Assembly (NCBI RefSeq): GCF_009914755.1
Contig: NC_060926.1
DNA: 64,000 nt
Reading direction: 5' to 3' (one strand)
DNA from: the human T2T-CHM13v2.0 reference genome, Homo sapiens
Part shown: positions 56,970 to 64,000 of the stretch, in pieces
How positions within the stretch are numbered: the first letter of the stretch is position 1
Layout: each line of letters starts with the position of its first letter
Made by a program: the position numbers and the translations under genes
The notes under the pieces: model-generated
The model's database searches: none
The model's input: only the letters and a program-made list of their open reading frames with translations
What the model was told of the DNA's origin: nothing

Positions 56970-57864
56970 GTGTAATGGGAGAATAATAATGTACACTTTA
57001 CAGATCAAAATAATAATATTTCAGTATATGATGTAACTATTTCTTTGGAAAACAAGGCAATATTTTAAAATGGGGTAGAGAGATTCTATCTGCCTATTGG
57101 CATAGTTAGGTTGATTGATTTACTTATAAAATGATGGTTAGAACATGAGGAAATATATCAGACTTCAGACTACATATTAGGTTTTGGATTTGTTATTGTT
57201 GGTTAAAAAAATTCCTTGGCTATAAAAAGTGAGTCGGTTTTAAATAGTCTAATTAGGCAATCACTGTGTTGCTTATCTGCATTCACAAACAGCAAATGAA
57301 AACCGGAAGTGACTACATGTTGCTTAATTAGTCCAATTAAACACCTGCCTTAGACTTCCTTGCTTAGCAAACCCAAGACTTCTCAAAATCACTAGCACAT
57401 TGCTAAAAATATGACTTTAATTTGAAAAATTGTTTTGCACATTCTGTATGAAAAATGTAAAGAAAATACATGGGAATTATGCATTGCTTAAAACAAAAGA
57501 TTAGACTTTGTAATTAAGCTAATTTAGTGGTACTATACAAATATATTCAGATTGAAAGCTTGTTAAAAACACATGAAAACCAAAGAAAGTGTACATATGA
57601 AGAAAAGCATGGCATGTGTTGAGGAATTCCATCAAATACTTGGATGAAAGACAGCAGTGGTCCTCAGATCAGCAGGACTCCCTGTAAACCCCAGAATGGC
57701 TTCAGCTTAGCCACCTAAATGACTTGGAAAGATACCAGAAAAGGAGATCTCTGATATTCTTTTGTGAATCCCTCTTAATTTTGACGTAAAAATTCATTGA
57801 AAATCAATACTATCCCATTTATTTTAGTCTATCTCAGTGGATACAGAGAACAGATTTCAGATAT

Positions 57865-59331
<1,467 letters not shown>

Positions 59332-59369
59332 TTACCATCATGAACCAGGAGTCAAGAATTTTATTTTAT

Positions 59370-59775
59370 TAGCACATAGAATGTAGAAATTTGAAGTAAC
59401 TTAAGGATAATTTTTAATTTATAGCTGACAAAAATGAAGCCCAAAGAGATTAATTGAACTCAATTTTATACAGCGAATAAGTGGCTGGTCTGGGGCTCAA
59501 GTTCAATTATTCTGACCTCATGTCCGGCACCCTTTCCCCTTGTGGTTGTATGTTCAATATTATTTGTTGAAGCATTCCTTTGGCTACAGAGCTAAGTTCC
59601 TTAAATAAACTGTCTTACTTAAGCCTCACAGCATCCCTTTAAGGTGTATATTATTGTCTTCACTTTTCAGAATGGGAAGCTGAGTCTCAGATTCAATCAT
59701 TTGGCACCTAAGTAAGAAATGGGAAGTTCCAAATTCTGTATTGTTTCTGTCCCCTGACCCGTGCTGCTTCCTCTC
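59370..59775 (-). mobile_element. Two MIR fragments
   Basis: TTTATAGCTGACAAAAATGAAGCCCAAAGAG and CACTTTTCAGAATGGGAAGCTGAGTCTCAG. Confidence 0.6.
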
Positions 59776-61280
59776 ACTGACATTTCACTCTGCAGTATTG
59801 AATGCTTCCATACTAATTATCCAGGGCCCATTCTGCAATTTCAGAAATGCTAATACCAGTTTTAAAAAGAAATAATATCCTGAATTAGAAAATGAGCTGC
59901 TTTCTTTTTTTGTGTGAATTGTCCAAATAAAGGTTCACAAGAAGAACCTTGACAAGCATAATTGCAACCTGTTCATTTCCCCTTTAAGTCATCAAACATT
60001 CCCGAGAAGCTTGAGGCCTCTAAGAAGTGATGCTTAAGGAATGCAGCTTGACAATATGGCAGTGCATTCAAGTGGAAGGCTGGCTATTCTATCCATGAAG
60101 ATGACCCTACAGTAAAATACCAGTGTGGCCTTTTTTCATGTCACTGGCATTTTACCAGCAGTTTGTAATTTAATGGAAGAATAATAATGTACACTTACAC
60201 ATCAAAATCAGAAAATGTCAGTGTATGATGTAATTGTTTCTTTGAAAAACAAGGGAATGTTTTTAAAATGGAGTATGTCCTGCATACTGTAATAAAATTA
60301 TGCAGCCACATCAGTTGTCTTGCCATAAAACCAATTGATTTTAGTTTTAAAAATTTGTATTATATGTAAAATGAGACAAATATGTGCTGATCATTATCTT
60401 AGGGTAATAAACCACAAGTGTCGGACAAATTAAAACCTGAATTATTATTCTTTGATAGGCTTTATGACTTCTGGCAGGCAAATTGCTCAAAGCTTTGATT
60501 TTCTTATCTGAGTAATAGGGATAATACTTTTATTTCCTTGTTCTCACAAACATGTGCTATATGTGTAATGAGCTGAGCATACCTGGAGAACACTTAGTAT
60601 TTAACATTCTATTAAGCAAAGAGCAAGGTGGCATTATTAATCATGGTTTATTTTAATTCTAGAGTAGAAACTAATGAACAATAGAAGGATGAGATTTTGT
60701 TGAGATTTTTCTGCTTCTAATTTTTGGAAAAAACTGTTTTTATATATGCTAATGGAGAGATTTTTTTTTCTTAGAACTTAGTAGGCTTGTGTTAAACTTA
60801 TCTCCCTGTGGCTTTCAAGTATAATTTTCTTCATAGGAGACTAGTATTGTTGGTTTTATTCCAAGAAATGCTAATGGATTATTTATATTTTTCATTTTAG
60901 TATTAATTCCAGCTATTAATTTTTGAGCTTATTAAGAATCTAAAGCTCCTTTTCATTATTTCTAAAAGTAGCTTGAAATTCACATTTTCAGCATATCATA
61001 GTTACCATGATTTGATAAAGTATTTTTAAAAATATGTGTCATATGACAAAACCATGAAACTCAAGGTAGAGTGTACTCACATACGTACATACACAGGACA
61101 CAAATATAGGCTAGAATTCCTTTCATGCTACAGAGAGAGAGACAAAGGGAGACCAAAAAATAAATAAATAAAAAACAAATTTAGTGGTTACTACAAAAAA
61201 AATGAGAAAAATGAATAAATCATTTTTATTTGATGCAATGAGGTTTATATCCATACTTTCCTGCTTGGATGTTTCTTTCA

Positions 61281-61347
61281 AGAAATTTAAAAGAAATTAA
61301 TATCAAGGAAACTAATATCAAAGAAGAATAAAGAAATTAATATCAAA
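61281..61347. repeat. Short imperfect tandem repeat, GAAA(T/C)TAATATCAA x3
   Basis: Visible directly: AAGAAATTAATATCAA, GGAAACTAATATCAA, AAGAAATTAATATCAA. Confidence 0.8.
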
Positions 61348-62984
61348 CACTGTTACTTTTTAAGGTCAGTGTCACTTAAGCTATAATTTCCCATATCAAA
61401 ATATGGGTTTGTTTGTTTGTTTACATTACTAGAAATTTTCTTTGTTTCAAAATGTGTTACTTTTGATTGTTGCCTTTACCCGCTATACTTAGTAGGAACA
61501 AATACTAGCTTCAGCCAATGAAGTAAGAATAGACAGGGCATAGTGATAAAGTACTTGAATCTCCTGTGTTTCAACGATGATTTTGATGATTTTTCATTGA
61601 TGATTTAGACTTGTTTATTGAAGTGTGGTCTCAGGGAGCCCTGTACTCTCGAGTCATCTACAGTTTTACCAAATGTGGTTGATATCTGTTTTCTGAAAAA
61701 CTTTTTCTGACTTCTGAAACTGACTAATGTGTTTTTCTGTATCCTGAATTAAAACTGATTGATAATCCCTCTGCAAAACCCATACAGGTATAAAAGACAA
61801 GGAGATGTGATAGCTTGTGGCTACCCACCAGAACTATTTGTGCTAGAGAGATGTGAGTTCGCTTACATGTTGGGTTTTGCTTATCATTTTCATCCAAAAG
61901 AAAAGGATACATTGAGATGCGTGTGAGTGGATAGAAATAGAAAATTCATTGCTAGTGGAGGCTTGGTAAGGATTTTAGTGAGTGGAAAATCTGGCTGGTT
62001 GTCCGTGAGGTTCATTTGGGCTGGAAGTATTGAGGGAGATGATCAGACATTTGAGATATCTTTAAAGCATTTGGCAATAGCCCTTAATGTGCTCTCAAGT
62101 TGAGAAAGTGGCAGGAAAATATTTATTCTACAACTTTATTTTTGTTTTTTTTTTTACCATCAAATGCAGTTTGTCTCTTTAAGAGCAAAAATAAATATTC
62201 AGACAGAGTTTCTCAGTTAGCAGAAATCACTCATTTTCTCCTAAAATGACATTAAAAAGAGTAAAAGCTTGTAAAGTCCTCAAGTAACATTAAAAAAAAT
62301 TTATAAATACATTGGACTATATACATACCGACTATATCTACCTGTTTTTGTAAGCTTATTTAAAATGTCTATACTAGTGTCATAATTTACTAAAGCCATT
62401 AACTGACTGTTTGAAATTTCATTCTCAATAATTCTTTTTAGAGTCAGTAGTTGGGTTTTTACCATAAGAAAAAGTTTGAAATCTGACGTGAAAAACTTCA
62501 GATTTGTGATGTTTGTCTCCATGTTGTTTGTTTTCTGCTCTGAGAGATGCCAACAAGTGGCAATTGAGTTATTCCCAGGTCATTGAAAAGTGAAGAGAAT
62601 GGATTTCTAGAACTGTATAAGAACAAGGACTTGACGATTTAAAATTTTTTCATATAAAAAATGGGAATTTGTTCCTAGCAATTCATAGAAAAAAGTGTGT
62701 GAAAGCCACCTAAAAAGCACGAGACTGGCATGCAAAGCTTTATCTGCCAAATGTTATAATAGAAATATTTTCATAATAACATAAAACAGTAAAACAACAA
62801 AAAGTTTGTATATGTCTCTGTATGCATACAAATAGAGAATGTATGTGTTATTTATTTTTCTAAATGAGCATACATTCCTGAACTAATAATGTATTACATA
62901 CATTATACAATATACATAAAAGTAGACATTTAAAAGAATGGCATACACTTTTAAAAACAACATTCTATTTGTTAACTGTATACG

Positions 62985-63410
62985 ATGATACAGTTAATAT
63001 TAGCTGCTGTAATAGAGTATCTTTAAAATCTCAGAGACTTAACAGAAGTTTTCTTCTTACTACATAATATCTAAATGGGTCTTTCTGATCCATAGGTCAC
63101 TCTCCTCCAAGGGAAACTTCAGGAAGTTAGGCTCCTTTCTACCTGTGGCTTCTTCGTCTTTAACACCTGGCTTCCATGTTTGCCAGTTGGGAGAAAACAA
63201 AAAACAAAAAACAAAAAACAAAATGGAGGTTGATTTTAATGAGCCAGATTGAGAAGAACACACAGCACTCACTGATGCTCACATTTCATTGGCTAGAATT
63301 TGTCAATTGACCGCATCAACTTCAAACGAGAGTGAAAAATATAGTCTCACATTGTGTCCACAGGAAAAAGAAGCGGGTTCGCTGGTGGCACCCAGCAGTC
63401 TTCTCCACTA
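62985..63410 (-). mobile_element. MaLR solo LTR (MLT1J/K-like)
   Basis: TAGCTGCTGTAA...AAAATCTCAG...GCTCACATTTCATTGGCTAGAA...AAAATATAGTCT...TGTGTCCACAGG. Confidence 0.72.
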
Positions 63411-64000
63411 ACAATTACAAATATAATAAGTTTGCTTTTTGCTAAGAATGAAAATCAACAAATATATCTCAAATAGCTACATTTGCTGGTGTTTTTTCTT
63501 TTTAAAGATTTGCAAGTCATAATTGCTTATACCATCATGAGCTAATATCTTAAGGACACTGGGATGAGATTCACTGTCAGCAATAATAGATGTAAATACA
63601 TATTTTAACTTCTCAGCTCTGATGAGACTATATGTTTTTTCAGCCTCATAACTAGTTGACAAAGAGCTTGTATTATGAATAAAGGCAGTGTCAGCTATGT
63701 GTTTTCTTATAGTTTACTTATGCTTGTATTTTTAGTACTATCTTCAATCTCCAGTTTATAGTCTTTTAAAGCCTGTTCCATTCTGTGCATAGGTGTGTGT
63801 GTGTGTGCAAGTGTGTGTGAAAACTAGAAAATTTAAGACTTAAACCCACTTACCAGGCACGCATTAAAGTATAAGTTCATCCCTGCAATTCCTGAATTTG
63901 TGGGAACTTACCCTTCCCTCAAGATACCCCATTTATCACATGTGACATGTGACCATCTAACATAGGGATGGGTGGTGGTACAAGTGTAAGTCCTTACATG

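Noticed and set aside
61099-61185. Possible short retrocopy with A-rich tail between ACAAATATAG and ACAAATTTAG
   Set aside because: A 9/10 match in AT-rich DNA is compatible with chance.

Overview
AT-rich, repeat-dense primate (hominoid-like) non-coding DNA, judged from AluY copies with retained CpGs and an L1PA3-like 3' end. I recognise no protein-coding exon, RNA gene or CRISPR array. The ORF track is explained by LTR, Alu and L1 ORF2 remnants, microsatellites or chance. The window holds layered transposon fossils (Alu J/S/Y, L1PA/L1M/HAL1, L2, L3, MIR, MaLR and ERV1 LTRs, hAT and Tigger MITEs). All six LTRs lie on the minus strand, which hints at a long intron of a plus-strand gene. I see no evidence of a new gene system. 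The notable signals are DNA repair and retrotransposition scars: (1) a 109-bp inverted templated insertion copied from an Alu 1.3 kb away, with target duplication, microhomologies and an adjacent palindrome; (2) a putative L1 3' transduction with 5' inversion; (3) a second short L1 3' transduction; (4) a ~23-nt micro-retrocopy; (5) an old ~105-bp duplication that preserves the empty site of a MER1B; (6) several micro template-switch scars. Repeat subfamily names come from recalled consensus sequences and need RepeatMasker/Dfam confirmation.
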